The position numbers were made by a program, and so were the translations under genes. DNA of 64,000 nucleotides from Octopus sinensis (taxonomy: Eukaryota). The notes beneath the pieces are model-generated. The model made no database searches and was not told where the DNA came from. It saw only the letters and a program-made list of their open reading frames with translations. This document shows, piece by piece, positions 37,992-52,100 of this stretch. Each line of letters opens with the position of its first letter. Within the stretch, counting starts at the first letter, position 1. The stretch is taken from positions 36,518,001 to 36,582,000 of the forward strand of contig NC_043006.1 in NCBI RefSeq assembly GCF_006345805.1. Reading direction: 5' to 3'.

Positions 37992-38152
37992 CAGTGGTTC
38001 TTAACCTGTGGTCTGCAAACCCCTGATAGTCTGGTGAACTAAATTCATAATTTCATATATAAACACATAAGGATAAGCATATTAAAAAGGGTCTGTGAGA
38101 AAATTCATCTAAATAAAAGGAGTCCTTGGTAGTGAAAAGGTTAGGAACCATT
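37992..38152. mobile_element. hAT-like MITE
   Basis: Termini cagtggttcttaacct ... aggttaggaaccatt resemble hAT (Charlie-type) TIRs. Confidence 0.55.
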
Positions 38153-40879
38153 AATCTGTATTATATCTCCAATAATATGAGCCACCATGTAGAGGCTTTT
38201 ACATTGGTACATGCTTTTTGTTGCTGGTGGTGGTGTTGTTTAAATCTAGATCAGCCCTGATGAAGCAGACTGAAAATGAAAATGGATTTTATTGTTTTTC
38301 CATACAGTGTGTACATTGGACTGCATTTGTCTAATGTTTCCTTTCTTGTTTAAACCAGTAGAGTGTGAATCAGGAAAATTCTTGACTGCTGTTTCTTGCA
38401 GTTCAAGCAACTTAGTAGAGACATTGTGAGGTTAACACAGTTCATGTTTAGTTTGAAGTTGTTTTGAATGTTGTGTAGGAAGGAAACATGGGTGTGAAGG
38501 AAGTTTCCATAATTATGATGATAGTATCTATTAAAGACTCATCCAAAATTATCCAGTAAATCTATATGATTTTATAATTTTTTTGTTTGCTTTCAAATTC
38601 TTTCCTTCCACACAAATATCATTTCAGTATAAATGTGAATTCTGACATTTTAAAATTGTTGTTGATGTTGCTACAGCTGTGGGTTTTACTATAAGAGTTC
38701 TTGATGTTAATGGTTTGCCTTAAGCTGCTTTTGGGCCAACCATGATCAGTCCTGACAAAATCTGCAGTGTAACAGCTAATGGATGGATTACTTAAGTACT
38801 TAACAATATGACTCAGAAAACTCAACAAGTCAAATACCGCTTTGAATTCAAAATACAAACCACAGTCTCTCTCTACCCTATAGTTAGTGTGCATGCAGAG
38901 ACACACGCATGTGTGCATGCACACACACACTTGTGCGCACATGCACACTCACGCCCTCTGATCAGCCACTTCTACAGCCAACACCACACCTCATTTGCTA
39001 TTCTGATTGTTATTCCCTTTAACACACACACACACACACCATACTCTTTACCATTACTCCTTACCTAATACATCAATTATTGCATCCCTAATCTCCACAT
39101 GCATGTTGGTATATATTGTGGTGTACCTTATCATTCTTATATATACATCTACACTTATACACACACATTAGTAGCAAATGGTGAGAATAAGTACTCGATA
39201 CAACATTAGTGGATAAATTTCTGGATTTTCAACATCACCTTAAGTTTCTTGCATTACAGCGTGATATACATATGACTGGCTTCTTTTTATTTCCATCAAC
39301 CAAATCCACTCACAAGGCTTTGATCAGCTCAGAGCTATAGTAGAATACATTTGCCCAAGGTGCTATGCAGTGAGACTGAGCCCAGGACTATGAGGTCGGG
39401 AAGCAAGCTTCTTACCACACAGCCATGCCTGTACCCATGTATATATACAGTTTGTGTGTGTGTCCATGAGAGAGAGAGAGATGGTAAATACAATATGTAG
39501 TTTATACTATTTGTTCCCTACATATGTTTCACCATTTTAGCTATTTGCATCCTCTGCAGTGGGTGATCATAGTGCTCTAAATTCACCTATTGCAGTTATA
39601 CATCTAACTGTACACACATGAACTGCTAGATATATATGTATATATCAACCCATGCCAGCATGGAAGACAGACGTTAAATGATAATGATTATATATACACA
39701 CTCGTGCACGCACACACATAGCAACATTTGTTGGTAATTTGTAGTCTTTCTATTAAATGAAAAATACCAAAAAACATTTCACAAAATAGATATAATTCAA
39801 TGAGATTCTATGAAAATATCTAATCTAGTTAAAATATCTCTACATTTAAAGTTGAGTTTTTTTTTTTTTTGTTAAATCTCTCTTCCTCCTCCTTTCCATT
39901 TCCATTTCATTTTTGTTTTTCAATTATCTGCCAGTTTTGGATGTTACTTTTAAAGATTCAGAAAAATATATTAGTGTAAATGTAATGCTTTCATACACAT
40001 ACATTTCATAGTAGTTAATAAATGCATACATACATGAATACATGCATGCACATTCGCGTGTGTGATCAGAATCCTGGTAATTGATGCCACCAATACTATA
40101 GTAGATTTCATTATAGATAATACATATATAGATACATACAACATAGGCACAGGAGTGGCTGTATAGTAAGTAGCTTGCTTACCAGCCACATGGTTTTGGG
40201 TTCAGTCCCACTGCATGGCACCTTGGGCAAGTGTTTTCTACAATAGCCTCAGGCCAATCAAAGCCTTGTGAGTGGATTTAGTAGGCGGAAACTGAAAGAA
40301 GCCCGTCACATATGTGTGTGAGTGTTTGCCCCCCACCCCCACCCCACATTGCATGACAGCCGATGCTGGTGTGTTTATGTCCCGTAACTTAGCAGTTCAG
40401 CAAAAGAGACCAATAAAATAAGTACTAAGCTTACAAAGAATAAGTCCTGAGGCCGATTTGCATGGCTGCAGTCAAATGACTGAAACAAGTAAAAGAATAT
40501 GTATGCATGCAACATATATGTGTGCCTAGCTGTGTTGTAAAGAAACATGTGGTACTATAGCCCTAGGCTGACCAGAGCCTTGTAAGCAGATTTAGTAGTC
40601 ATTGCCATCATGTTGTTCTTTTCCAGCCTTCTGTTAAAAGTGTGTTTGGCCATGGGGAAATATTACCTTACTTGGAAATGAGTAAGGGTTAGCAACAGGA
40701 AGAGCATCCAGCCATAGAAAATCTGCTTCAATAGATTCTGTCCAACCCATGAAAGCATGGAAAAGTAAGCATTAAATGATGGTGATGATGGTGATAACAT
40801 ATATGTATGCTTATGGATTATCTGTTCTTTTATTCACTGGTTTCAGTCACTGGACTGCAACCATGTTGAGGCACCACCT

Positions 40880-41085
40880 TCTAGAAGGTTATTATATTAA
40901 CCCCAGTACATATTTTAGCAACTGGTACTTAATTCATTAAATTCAGAAGGAAGAGAAGTAAAATGTACTTGAGCAGGATTTAAACTTGGAATGTAAAAGG
41001 ATGTATCCAAATACCACAAGTATTTTGACCAATGTTCTATCAATTCTACAATCTATCCACCCTCCGGTTAACCTTGAACAGACAT
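40880..41085 (-). mobile_element. Degenerate Meta-domain-like SINE
   Basis: accccagta...caactggtacttaatt...tttaaacttggaatg on the plus strand. Related copies at 43785-43985 (+), 46830-47060 (-), 48290-48415 (+), 53945-54085 (-), 54170-54290 (-), 61150-61320 (+), 62300-62510 (-) and 63195-63400 (-). Confidence 0.6.
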
Positions 41086-41366
41086 GATCAAATATATTCC
41101 AGCCAGGACTATTCCATCTCTCTAGCAGTATGTCGGGGACTTCATTGTTCAATGTGTGCATATTTAAAATAGCAGAGTTGGGTGTCTTTTGAGGGAGATT
41201 TAGCTGCTGTTATAAATAGCAGTCCCAGTATAATGTGGTTGTTCCAAATACTGTGTTTCTGACCTGCACCTGATGGATAAAGAGTGAAGGTAAGAAGAAA
41301 AGAAAATGAGAAGGAGAGAGAAAGGGGAAATAAAATGAAAAAGAAAAGAGATGAAGAATGAAAGAG

Positions 41367-41417
<51 letters not shown>

Positions 41418-42388
41418 ACGTGTGCACGTGTGTGCGTGCATATGAGGCTATATGAAAGAACAAGGCCATCTTTGAATCAAGTAAAAACAAGGAAATATGA
41501 TGTAGGAAGTGGGAGGTGTGAGGTCAAGCAGTCCTGTGATCAAAAACAAATATTCTAGCCATGTACATCCTGCAAATGGTTATGGGTACTGCTCTTCATC
41601 TTCTGACTAAACCATGAAAGAATAGAATAACCAGAGACTACATTATCCTGTAAGTCCTTCTGCTTTTTAAAATTGTAAGATGCAGCTTGAGTGAGACTTG
41701 GTTGCTATTCCTAGCATCATATGCAACTATGTAGAGGTTCCTTTGTTGGGCCTTTTAGGTTTTGATGATGGTGGTTGTGGTGTTGGTGTTGGCAGGCATT
41801 ACTGGAATATTGCCATGCACCCTTGCACAGTGTACATTTAGGTATGTGATGTCCATTCACTATTTGACAACTAATCACAGCTTCCCTGATTTATATCAAG
41901 TTAAGACAGGAGTAAAACTGTAGTGGGGAAAAAGAAAACAATGAACAAGTGTAGAAAATCAATGTAATTACAGTGTGGTGGAATAGAAAGGAAAATAAAT
42001 CAATGTTTCAGACAGTTTTTCTTTGTCAAGATGGAAAGAAGGTGAACAGAAAGAGAAAAAATTTGAAGTAAAAAAAAGAAACCCCATAATGCAATGGTAT
42101 ACAGATAGTGAGTGGAGGAAAGGTGTTTTCAGAAGAACCAGACTATAAAGAAAACTTAACTACAGGTTGGTGTTTCTACCACCACCACCACCACCATTTG
42201 ATTCTTCATAACTTTCTTAACAAAGCATATTTTTAATGAAATTTTGTAGAGATATATTTCCAACCCCAGTACTTATTTATTAGGCTGGTTCTTATTCTGT
42301 CATTATCTTTTGCCAAACTGTTTGGGTATGTGGATGTAAACCAACTAACACCAATTGTCATGCAATAGCAGAGGGTCAATCCCAAAGA

Positions 42389-42426
<38 letters not shown>

Positions 42427-44064
42427 TATATTTATATATGTATCAACCAGACTGTTGGATTTTGTTATACAATGCTAGTCACAATGCACTTCTTCACATT
42501 GTCTAGCTTTCAAATGATGCCACTGTGCTTCTTTCAGTTTCCATTCTACCAGATCACCTCACAAGGCTTTGGTCATCTGCAGCTATAGTAGGAGACACTT
42601 GGCCAAAATGCCTGGAACTATGTGGTTAGGAAGCAAACTTCTTACCACACAGCTACACTGTGCTTATAATATTCCCAAGGATTCCATCATGAATGATGAT
42701 GGTAAAGAAACACAGACACACACACAAAATAAGAGTTTTTTGGATAACTTTGACTGCAAAAAATTTCCTTCGTAACCCACGACTTTTCATAAAGCATTAT
42801 GTATTATATTTTTGCCTTTCATCCTCACCAGCAGCAGCATTATTGTTATCATGATCATCATCACGTCTACTTTCCTTTTCTGGCATCAGTTGAACATACA
42901 TATATTTATATTTGTGTGTAAGTATAGACAGATGCACATTCATACACCCACACATTTTTGTGCATGTGCTTATACACTCATTTATATACACGTGTGATTA
43001 TAAAGATGCATGCAAACAAACACAGCCTTTGGCGGTGCCAGTAATAATTTAGCAGCCAAACATACAGTGAAATAACTTATGCCAGTTTTAATGAACACCT
43101 TGGCAGGGGTCAGGCCCTCAAGTAATAGTCATGTTCTTTCTAATATTTGAAGAGGGAGAAGTGAGAGAGTGGTAGTAAAAAGATGTATAGCAGGAATTGA
43201 AAAGTGTGTGATAATAATAAGGGGGGGGGGTAAATAAAAGAGTGACTGGAAATGATAGGATGAATGTTGTGAATGAGCATGTATGTATGCGTAAAAGTAG
43301 TGGGTACGGCTAAGTGGTTGGGAGGTTCACTTTGCAATTGCAACATCATGGCTTTGTCTCCGCTGTGGGACATTTTTTTTTTTATTCCTTTAACCTCAGG
43401 CTGACTCAAACCTTGTCAGTGACATTAGATAGATGGAAACTGGGGGGAAATCTGTCAGATGAATTATAGCAGTAATTTAAAAGATCAGTTTTGTCACACA
43501 CTGTCATGTTGATTCTGTTTAAGGATTACATTTAGCATACATGTGTCTGTGGAATTCTCAACCACTTAACCAGTGGATCTCAACCATCTTTCACCAATGG
43601 ACTTATGAGATTACTATTTTACTCTTGTGGACCTTCACAGCTTTGCGATGTTTAAAATCTAGTTTTATAGATATTTCTTTTGAAATTACTGTTATACTTG
43701 AGGAAGATCATATGTAGCCAATCAAACACACTATATGTTTGGTCTTTATTTCAGCTTTATTATTATTATTGTTATTATTATTGGTGGTGAGCAGGCAGAA
43801 TCATTAGCATGCTGGACGAAATGCTTAGCAGTATTTCACCTGTCACTATGTTCTGAGTTCAAATTCCATCGAGATCGACTTTGCCTTTTATCCTTTATGG
43901 ATTCAATAAATTAAGTAACAGTGAAACACTGGGGCCAATATAATCGACTAGTCCCCTCCCAAAAATTTCAGACCTTATTATTAATTTTGTTCCTTCATCA
44001 AAGCTCTTTCATTACATATTCTGTGACCTCTTCAGTGACTCCTTTAATCCACATGTTTCCTCAA

Positions 44065-44105
<41 letters not shown>

Positions 44106-45160
44106 GGCTGAAGTAAAGATCAAACAGTGTGTGTGTGTGTGTTTAATTGGCAAAATATGACCATCCCAAAGTATAGCAATATCTGTTTCACCACATCATT
44201 TCACATCGAAAATCTTGCAAAGCAAATACATAAATGTAATCTTCCAAAGTTCCTGTTTTGTTATTCACACATTCACTTGAGTAAGTTTGCAAAACTCTCT
44301 TGAAGACATGTTTCAGCGGCCAAAAACATTCTAAACCATATAAAATCCTTGAGAAAGAAACCTAGCTGTTTGTTGCAATCTCAAAAGCAAAATTTTTCCA
44401 TGAACCCTTAAAATACTACTGACTTAAAATATAAATTAATGATAATAGAAAAGCACTAAGCTACGAGTGGTGACATCGTTGTCATTTCTTTTGTCAGCAA
44501 ATTGTGTGCTGGCTTCCCATCTTTTAAGACTTGTAGAATAAAGGATTCTTTGCTTGAAAAACAGGGTTAGTGACAGGAAGGGCATCTGGTTGTAAAACAA
44601 TACCTTTGCAATGTATTCATCTAACTCATGCTAGCATGGAAATGCCAGAAGTAAAGACAGACAATTAAGCAGTTCATTTGATTGAACAACTACAAACCGT
44701 CAAATGATCAATTAATTTACCTTTAATTACTTTTTTGACTATGTCTGCATAAATTGTTTATTGTTGATGATGGTGCATACATGTATGTATACATGTGTAT
44801 ATGCATATATGCATGTGCATAAATGTAAACTAATATAGATGTATATATGAGCACAGAAAGTATGAATGGGAATGAATGTGGAAAAAAGCTTAAGATATGT
44901 ATGCATTCACATACATAAAAAAAAATATGAACATGCTTACACACAAGCACAGACATACCCATATAGGTATACTCACATGAATAGATGGAGAGAAAGATAC
45001 AAATTGATGACTATAGAGAAACAAAAGAAGCATAGATAGATAGACAGACAGGTAGGCAGAGATGGTGGGGATATAGGCAGAGAAAAAAAGTGGCAAGAAT
45101 GAAAGATGAATAGATATGTGTACAGATAGACATGAATACAAAGCAAGATTCATATATCAA

Positions 45161-45294
45161 ATTCTTTAACAAGACTTGTATTGATAGTGACTCTGAAGTT
45201 TCAGCTTGCCTAGCCTTCATAAATCAGTCTGATGAAGAAGATTAAGCGAGCCAAAACTTCGAAGTCACTGTCAATACTTGTCTTGTTAAGGAAT
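45161..45294. repeat. Inverted pair of Penelope-like ends with hammerhead remnants
   Basis: About 50-bp arms ttctttaacaagacttgtattgatagtgac... / ...gtcactgtcaatacttgtcttgttaaggaa; CTGATGA at 45229-45235; the minus arm retains GAAAC...GTC. Confidence 0.6.
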
Positions 45295-45842
45295 GATAAA
45301 TGTGTACTCTACAAAAATGTATTGAGTAATCCTTAGGTTTAATGTAAAATTGTTTTTATTTTAACTTGACGGGAAAAACAGTATATATATGTATATGTAT
45401 ATATGTGTGTGTGTAATCCAAAATATAATGGAGTGGAACAAGTAGTATGTCAGCTATGTAAGTTTCTTAACTAGTTGAAGCTCATTACATAAGTATTATG
45501 TAACATTTTTTTCTCTATACTAGCCACCTATTGCTCGGAGCTTACAAACTCCTGCAATCAGATCCCTGAATTCTATTTTCATATATATATATAATATATA
45601 TATAGTAATATATATAGTAAAAGAAAATGGAAGAGAAAAATTAAAAAGATGCTTGGTTTGTTTTATTTGTATTACAATTGGAAAAGTAATGCAAATTAAA
45701 AGATTATAGATATAATTCGATTAGAGGTTGTGTTAATCTCATGAAGGGATGGTTTCATCCAAGGAAATACTGGTTCAATATCTAGTATTTTGGGGAAATT
45801 AATTTTCTTAAAATAATAGGTGTATATATAAAAACATATTCA

Positions 45843-46001
45843 TATAAAAGAAGAAAAAGAAAATGGAGATTGGGAAGTTAATTATTTATTATTAACAACA
45901 AATTAATCTTTATCCTTTACAGTAGTAAGGGATGATGATTAATTTATTGTTAATAATAAACAACTATTAGTTTCCCAATCTCCATTTTCTTTTTTCTTAT
46001 A
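45843..46001. mobile_element. TA-flanked hairpin MITE with ~77-bp arms and a 4-nt loop
   Basis: aagaaaatggagattgggaa...attaacaacaaattaatc...cctttac-agta-gtaaggg...ttcccaatctccattttctt. Confidence 0.75.
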
Positions 46002-46009
46002 TATATATC

Positions 46010-46285
46010 ATGGACACCCCTGTTGTACATGACAGATGCAGGTTCTATAATTTTTGGTTGAACAACCTGCACAGATCAAATAGTGATCAAATATTTGTGC
46101 AGTACATTAGCCCTCTCACTCCATCAAATCAACATTATCTTTACAGCGGCATGGTGTGTCACATATCCCATGTCAAATGTGAGAGTAAATGTTGTGCTCA
46201 AGAACAAACTGCTCTGTCCAGAAATTGAAACCACAACCTTGCAGTCGTGAGCACAGCACTCTAACCATTATGCCTCACACCCTTA
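46010..46285 (-). mobile_element. tRNA-headed SINE (further family)
   Basis: Minus strand ggtgtgaggcataatggttagagtg...ggtttcaattt (A/B boxes), then ttcttgagcacaacattt. Confidence 0.5.
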
Positions 46286-46702
46286 TATTGTTAGATGAAC
46301 AGTAATTGTTATATGTATAGATTGGTAAATCAATAGATCAACACTGGGTGCATGTGTAGTCAGGTAGATTGTGATAGACGGACAGATATAAACCATTGGA
46401 TTGATATATAGGTAGATATAAATTAGTATAGTCAGAAAAAAAGGTAAACAGAAAGTGATGGATAGACTGAAAAACGAATAAATGATAGGTGCAGAGAACA
46501 AAACAGATAAAATAGCCTCTGGACAAAATGTAAAAATGGAGCATGGGTGTTGGAATCATCAGAATGCTAACTAAAAACTTGAAATGCCAAAGTTGAACCA
46601 ACAGTTAATGCCTCTCGACTTTTGTTGTAGAATAACTATGAATAAAACTTAATAATAATGATTTTTAACATTGGCACAAGGCCACAAACATTTGAACAAG
46701 AT

Positions 46703-46704
<2 letters not shown>

Positions 46705-46756
<52 letters not shown>

Positions 46757-46820
46757 CAGGAGCAGCAGGAGCAGCAGCAACATTAGTAGTAGTAGTAGTA
46801 GTAATAGTAGTAGTAGTAAT
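46705..46820. repeat. (AGT)n/(AGC)n tract, tail of the adjacent minus-strand SINE
   Basis: Direct reading; it accounts for the poly-Ser/poly-Thr ORFs. Confidence 0.9.
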
Positions 46821-47384
46821 CACCATCATCATTGTCATTATTTCTGGCACAAGGCCAGAAATTTGCAGTGAGAGGAGCAGAGTTAAATTGATTCCCATTA
46901 GTTGGCTGGTATTAGATTTTATCAACCCTTGTAAGATTGAGAGCAAAGACAAGCTCTAAACTCAGAAGGTAGAAGGTCTTAACTAGATATAGATACCATA
47001 AGGTGTTTTGTGCAATACTTATCAATTCTGCATCCTTTTCTGCTGTCACAAGAGCAACAGATGAAGCGACATTAGAAGAGCAAGAAGGATTTACATAAAA
47101 ATCAAATGAAATGAAGTGAGAGTACACACTGCTGCTTATACACATATATGATGTACTCCAGGAGAAGGAGTACCATCAAGAGTTAATTAGAGAGCATCAC
47201 TGATCTAAGACTGTCCTGAATACCAATGGTATGTCCTTTCTCTCAGCTGTATTTCCCAGCCTACCAGTGCATACTGGAATTAAACTCATTCACACAATCC
47301 ATATTCACCACCCATCTATCTGCCTCTCAACAAATTTATTACAGATAGCACTCTTCTCTCTCTCTCTCTTTATCAATCGATCTA

Positions 47385-48245
47385 TCTCTGTCTATCCCCA
47401 CCACTCACTTCCTCTCCAAATGGAACTTGAAAAAGTTGACAAGGACCTGGCTAAAAAGGAAGTGTCTGTTTAAATCCTTTCAGTAACGGTGTTCACCATT
47501 CAATCTCTTTCAACTTATCAATGGGAAAACTGCTTTCCAACCAAAATAAGTCTGTGGAGTAATCTTCATGATGGATATGGCTGATAGCTGGATCTGTTCT
47601 ACTTGCAACAACTGCTTGTCAATATAACCTCACAAACCAGTAATCTTCAGGCACTAAACATGTGTGTGTGTGGGGTGGGGGGTTAGACATCTCAAACAGT
47701 TCTGGCCTATGGCAATTCCATGCTTGTAAGCTTTTTTTCTTTTCTAACTGGCTATGCCTCTTAATAACACTGTCATATCAAAGATTTTCAGAAGTTATCC
47801 ATAGTCCTTGCATTGAATTTCTCCAGACCAACTAATTAGCTCTTGATAGTACACAGAATTTCCCCAACAATGTCACTATTCTTCCTTACTCTAAGTCCTT
47901 TGTAAAAAGATAATGTGGAAGTTCTACCAGCCACCTTGTCTAACTTATAGAGGGTTGTAAGTGCCTAGCAATATTTTAGATCAAGAAACAAAATAAGAGA
48001 TATTCTAAATTATCATAGTTTGACAAAGGCAAGATAGTCAGGTAATAATATATGATGGAAATGATCACCACCTCTGCCTGACCTTTTGAGAATAGCCTCC
48101 ACTTGGCTCATCTTTGGGTGAAACTGGCCACTCTGTTCATAACATTCTCCCAATTGCTATCCACTTGTAGGTCTAGATTGAACTAGATGCCAAGCACCCT
48201 AAGTTCTGCTCTTGTTATCACCTTGTATTCTTTTAGAATACCAAT
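47385..48245 (-). mobile_element. Decayed L1/Tx1-group LINE ORF2 fragments
   Basis: Minus-strand pieces LRVLGI.F....NWENVMNRVASFTQRWAKWRLFSKGQAEV and SQVLVNFFKFHLERK, with many stops. Confidence 0.5.
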
Positions 48246-49112
48246 TTGTGTTTTTCAATTAAGTTATTTTCCTTCTACTGGCCTTCACATGTTCAGACCA
48301 GTCGGGGTCGATTAAATAAGTACCAGTTGCGCACTGGGGTCGATATAATCGACTTAATCAGTTTGTCTGTCCCTGTTTGTTCTGTGTTTAACACCTTGTG
48401 GGTAGTAAAGAAACAGGTACTTATGAGGACAAGTTGAACCAACAATCTTTAACACACACACACATGCACATGGATACACAAAAATAAATACATACACACA
48501 CACAAACAAGCAAATAAATACATACATACATAGATATGCAGACATGCAACAAGCTTCCTCACTGTTTTCATCTACCAGTTCCTCTCCCAAGCTTGAGTCT
48601 GTAATGGAAGACACTTGCTTAAGATGGCATGCAGTGGGACTGAACCTGAAACGGTATTTCCCACTGTCACCTGTTTTTTTCATAAAATTTTCTATAAGCA
48701 CAACACTAATGATGATTTCTTACATTGGCTGAAGGCCAGCAGTATTGGAGACAGTAGAAACATTCCAAATACCATTATTGGAAACTGGACAGTTTCAACC
48801 ATTGCTGTTGTCATTGGAAACAAGAAAATGATTTCAATTGTTGCCATTGGAAACCAAACTACAGATGGATGTTTTGAGACTGGTGTGTTTATACTTGTGG
48901 AGGAGGAGTTCTATTTTGTTTTCTTGTCAACCCTTTCTAATTCCTTGAAGTAGTCCCTTTGGGGGTTTAATGTAAATATTATAACCTATCAGTGACAGCA
49001 GCAACAATTGAAAAAACAAATACAACTCAGTTGCTCTCTCTTTCTCTTCTTTCTCTCCCTTTCTCTTTTTATTTATCTTTGTTTTTCTCTGTTGCTTCAT
49101 TCCTCTCCTTTT

Positions 49113-49159
<47 letters not shown>

Positions 49160-52100
49160 TTCTGTGTGAGTCTCATATGCACTTGCACTGTTAATATCAC
49201 ATCCTTGTCATCCTTGTCATTCACTGTCTTGTTTTCCTTTGTCTTCTTTGTTTCTCCCCCCACCCACCCATCAGTGTGCATACATGTGTGTGCCTGTAGC
49301 AAGGATAGAGATTCTAGCTGGCTGCCCCAATAGATGATTGATGTATTTATTGCCTTGGAATGTGGAAAGGTTAGGGAGAAGTATGATGGGGACAGTCTTG
49401 TTTAAATTAATTATTAATTTCTCTAAAAAAAAAAATTAAATTTATGTTATTTTAATTTTCATGTGTTTTCTCAAATGATCTTGTCTCTTGCTGTTGGCAT
49501 TTGAAAAATGGATGGGGCAGGTGGGGTGGACATGGGTTATAGGAGTTGTGTAGAAGAGAAGGAAGACAGTTGATGACAGAACCACAATCATTGAAACCTC
49601 CACCACAGTGTACCTACTGCCTTCGTTTTTCATAAAAATTAACAGCACTACCCCCTTCCTCACCCTCAAAGCAATATATGATTGACAAACACACCAAAGA
49701 TTTGTCACTCAGCCAATCAGACTTTTGTCTATGTTTAGAGTTGTGTATGGTATGGTATGGTGGTATGTAAGATTTAGTTAGTGTGTGAGTGGGTGTTAAA
49801 TGTAGTGTTAATCATGATGTCAGTAGTGGTGCAATGTTGCTGCTGACATCCAGCATCAGGTCAACCTTAATTGTGCCAGCTCTAACATCAAATACATTCC
49901 AGCTTTAATCATTCTTCATTTTTATCTTTTTCCAGACATTCTTTATCTATGACAACATTACCCAATGTATTCTCTCTTTCTCTAAGACCAAAGGGTGTGA
50001 TTTGGGCGAGATTTTGATGGTTATTTTTCGGCTAATCTTTGTGTTAGTGGTGCACTACTATTGTTGATGATGGTCTGCCCAACTCACAACTTCATGCATA
50101 TATGTTTATGCACACACACACACACATTCTTTAATATCTTAGTAATGAATATGCTCTTCTCAGCTGTTGCTAACCATTATTTACAGCTATTACTATTATT
50201 TTGTTGTATATGTATTACCTTAAATAAATATATATGTTGTTGTATCTCATGCAGGTCATTATGCCAATAATAAGCACATCCACTGGTTCTATTTCACTTC
50301 TTTTATTATTCTTGCCAGTTAGTTAATCAATTAACTGATTCTTTCATTAATCTTTACATCACTCGATCAATCAGCTAGGTTTGACTATCAACTTGAAGCA
50401 GACCTGGAGTAGAGAGAGTATGTCATTGATGAGGTCATGAATGGTAACCAAAGGATTTTGACAAACCCAGCTTCTTGATTGATTGGCTGAATAATTAATC
50501 AAACAATCATTTAGTTAATTGGCTAAATTGCTAACTAATTGACTAATAATAAAAGACACAAATTAGAACGAGTGTATGTGTTTAGTATTAGCATAATGAC
50601 CTTCCCAGGAATTCCAACCACATTTTATGGTTCACTACTTCAACAGCTCCTCTATAGGATCCAGTGGTTAAGGATATCATCGGGGGGGAACCACATCCAG
50701 TTTCAGCCCCTACTCCTCTACCATTTTCAATGTGCCAGGGCCCACCCCCCTCAGAGGTGTCTTCAGCTCTGATGTTGAGTGTTTTTTGGGGGGGGGGTTA
50801 TTTGGTTTCTTCAATACAGTGTCAACAAATGTCAGCAGGTGAATGTCCACCCTGCTTAATTACCCCCTAAATGCTTGCCAGTAGGCTCCCACAGCCAGCT
50901 AACTGTCATGTGACACAATCTAAACTTCAACAGACCAATGGAGGGGAAAGGCACGTAGTTTTAGCCCACACCTTCTCTAGACATATCTTCAATACATAAG
51001 TTCATACCAAGTACCTTGCAAACCAAATACAAAAGCAAAATATAATCGTTAGGTAACTCTGTAGGTAAGCGGAATCTGTAACTAGGGTCCTTACAATTGC
51101 CTAGATTGTCAGAAACAGCTAAATTTCCTTTTATCTCATCTATCTTAAAAAAATGAGCATATTTGGCAATGTAGTCCTAGATACAGAAAAAAATAACAGG
51201 TTGATAATGGTTAGACTGCATGTGAGCATAAATTCTGCTTCATCAAAGCTGAACAGGCTGGATAACAGACAATAAATGATGATGAGGCGGAAGAGTTCGA
51301 GGCTTGAGAAAAGGGCTGTGCCCATAGCCTTTACAGACCCTCACAGACTAGTGAGATTAATATAAATTTTAATACAGTTTACCCCTCAATAAGTATGTTA
51401 ATAAAATCTAAAAACCTTCAGATCTTCTGAGTGTATTTGAAACTGGTTTGCTCCAGTTTTATAGTCACTAGCTAGATGAGCATAGTGTTACCTTGAGTTG
51501 ATGTGAAATGGAATTTGCACTTGCTTTTCATGAAAGAACAGCTCATAGACAAGCCAGTTGGTGTACTGTGCTAAGAGCTTATTTACCAGGCAGAAGACAT
51601 TTAATACAGTTCAATGTGTTCCTTTCTATGTGTTGTTATTTAGCCCAGATCAACCCTGATCAAGTAACCTGTGATCAAAAGCATTCTAGCCATGGTCATC
51701 ATGTCTTTTTTACATATGCTCAACTGCATTGTCCAATAGTCTTCATTTTTAAAACATTAGGATGGGGGTTTGAAAAGATTACTCCATCCAGCAGGTCAAG
51801 TGACTATGCAAAAGTCAGTGAGTGTTTAAGTTGTGCAGCATTCGGTTTTTGCAAGCATTCAGTATTCTACTGAAGATTGTTCATATTGAGATGACAGAAG
51901 GTAGTAACTATACTAGACCAGTTACTACTTCACTTTGAGGTAAAGGAATTGAGAAAGAGAGAATAAAAGAATAGAAGACAACTTCAGAAATGCAAATCCA
52001 ATATCGTTTCTTGATATTGGAATCCAATATTGGTTTCTTAATTGAAATTAAATCTACACAGCACAAACCTGTTCAACCATTATTTCCAGATTAACAATAC

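Noticed and set aside
38250-38285. ctgatgaagcag as a ribozyme core
   Set aside because: It is a point variant of the ctgatcaagcag motif of a common dispersed repeat, with no stem II or GAAA.
48773-48854. CRISPR-like repeats (gtttcaa...attggaaac)
   Set aside because: Only about 2.5 degenerate units with ~10-nt gaps, no cas genes and a eukaryotic intron context; a small minisatellite.
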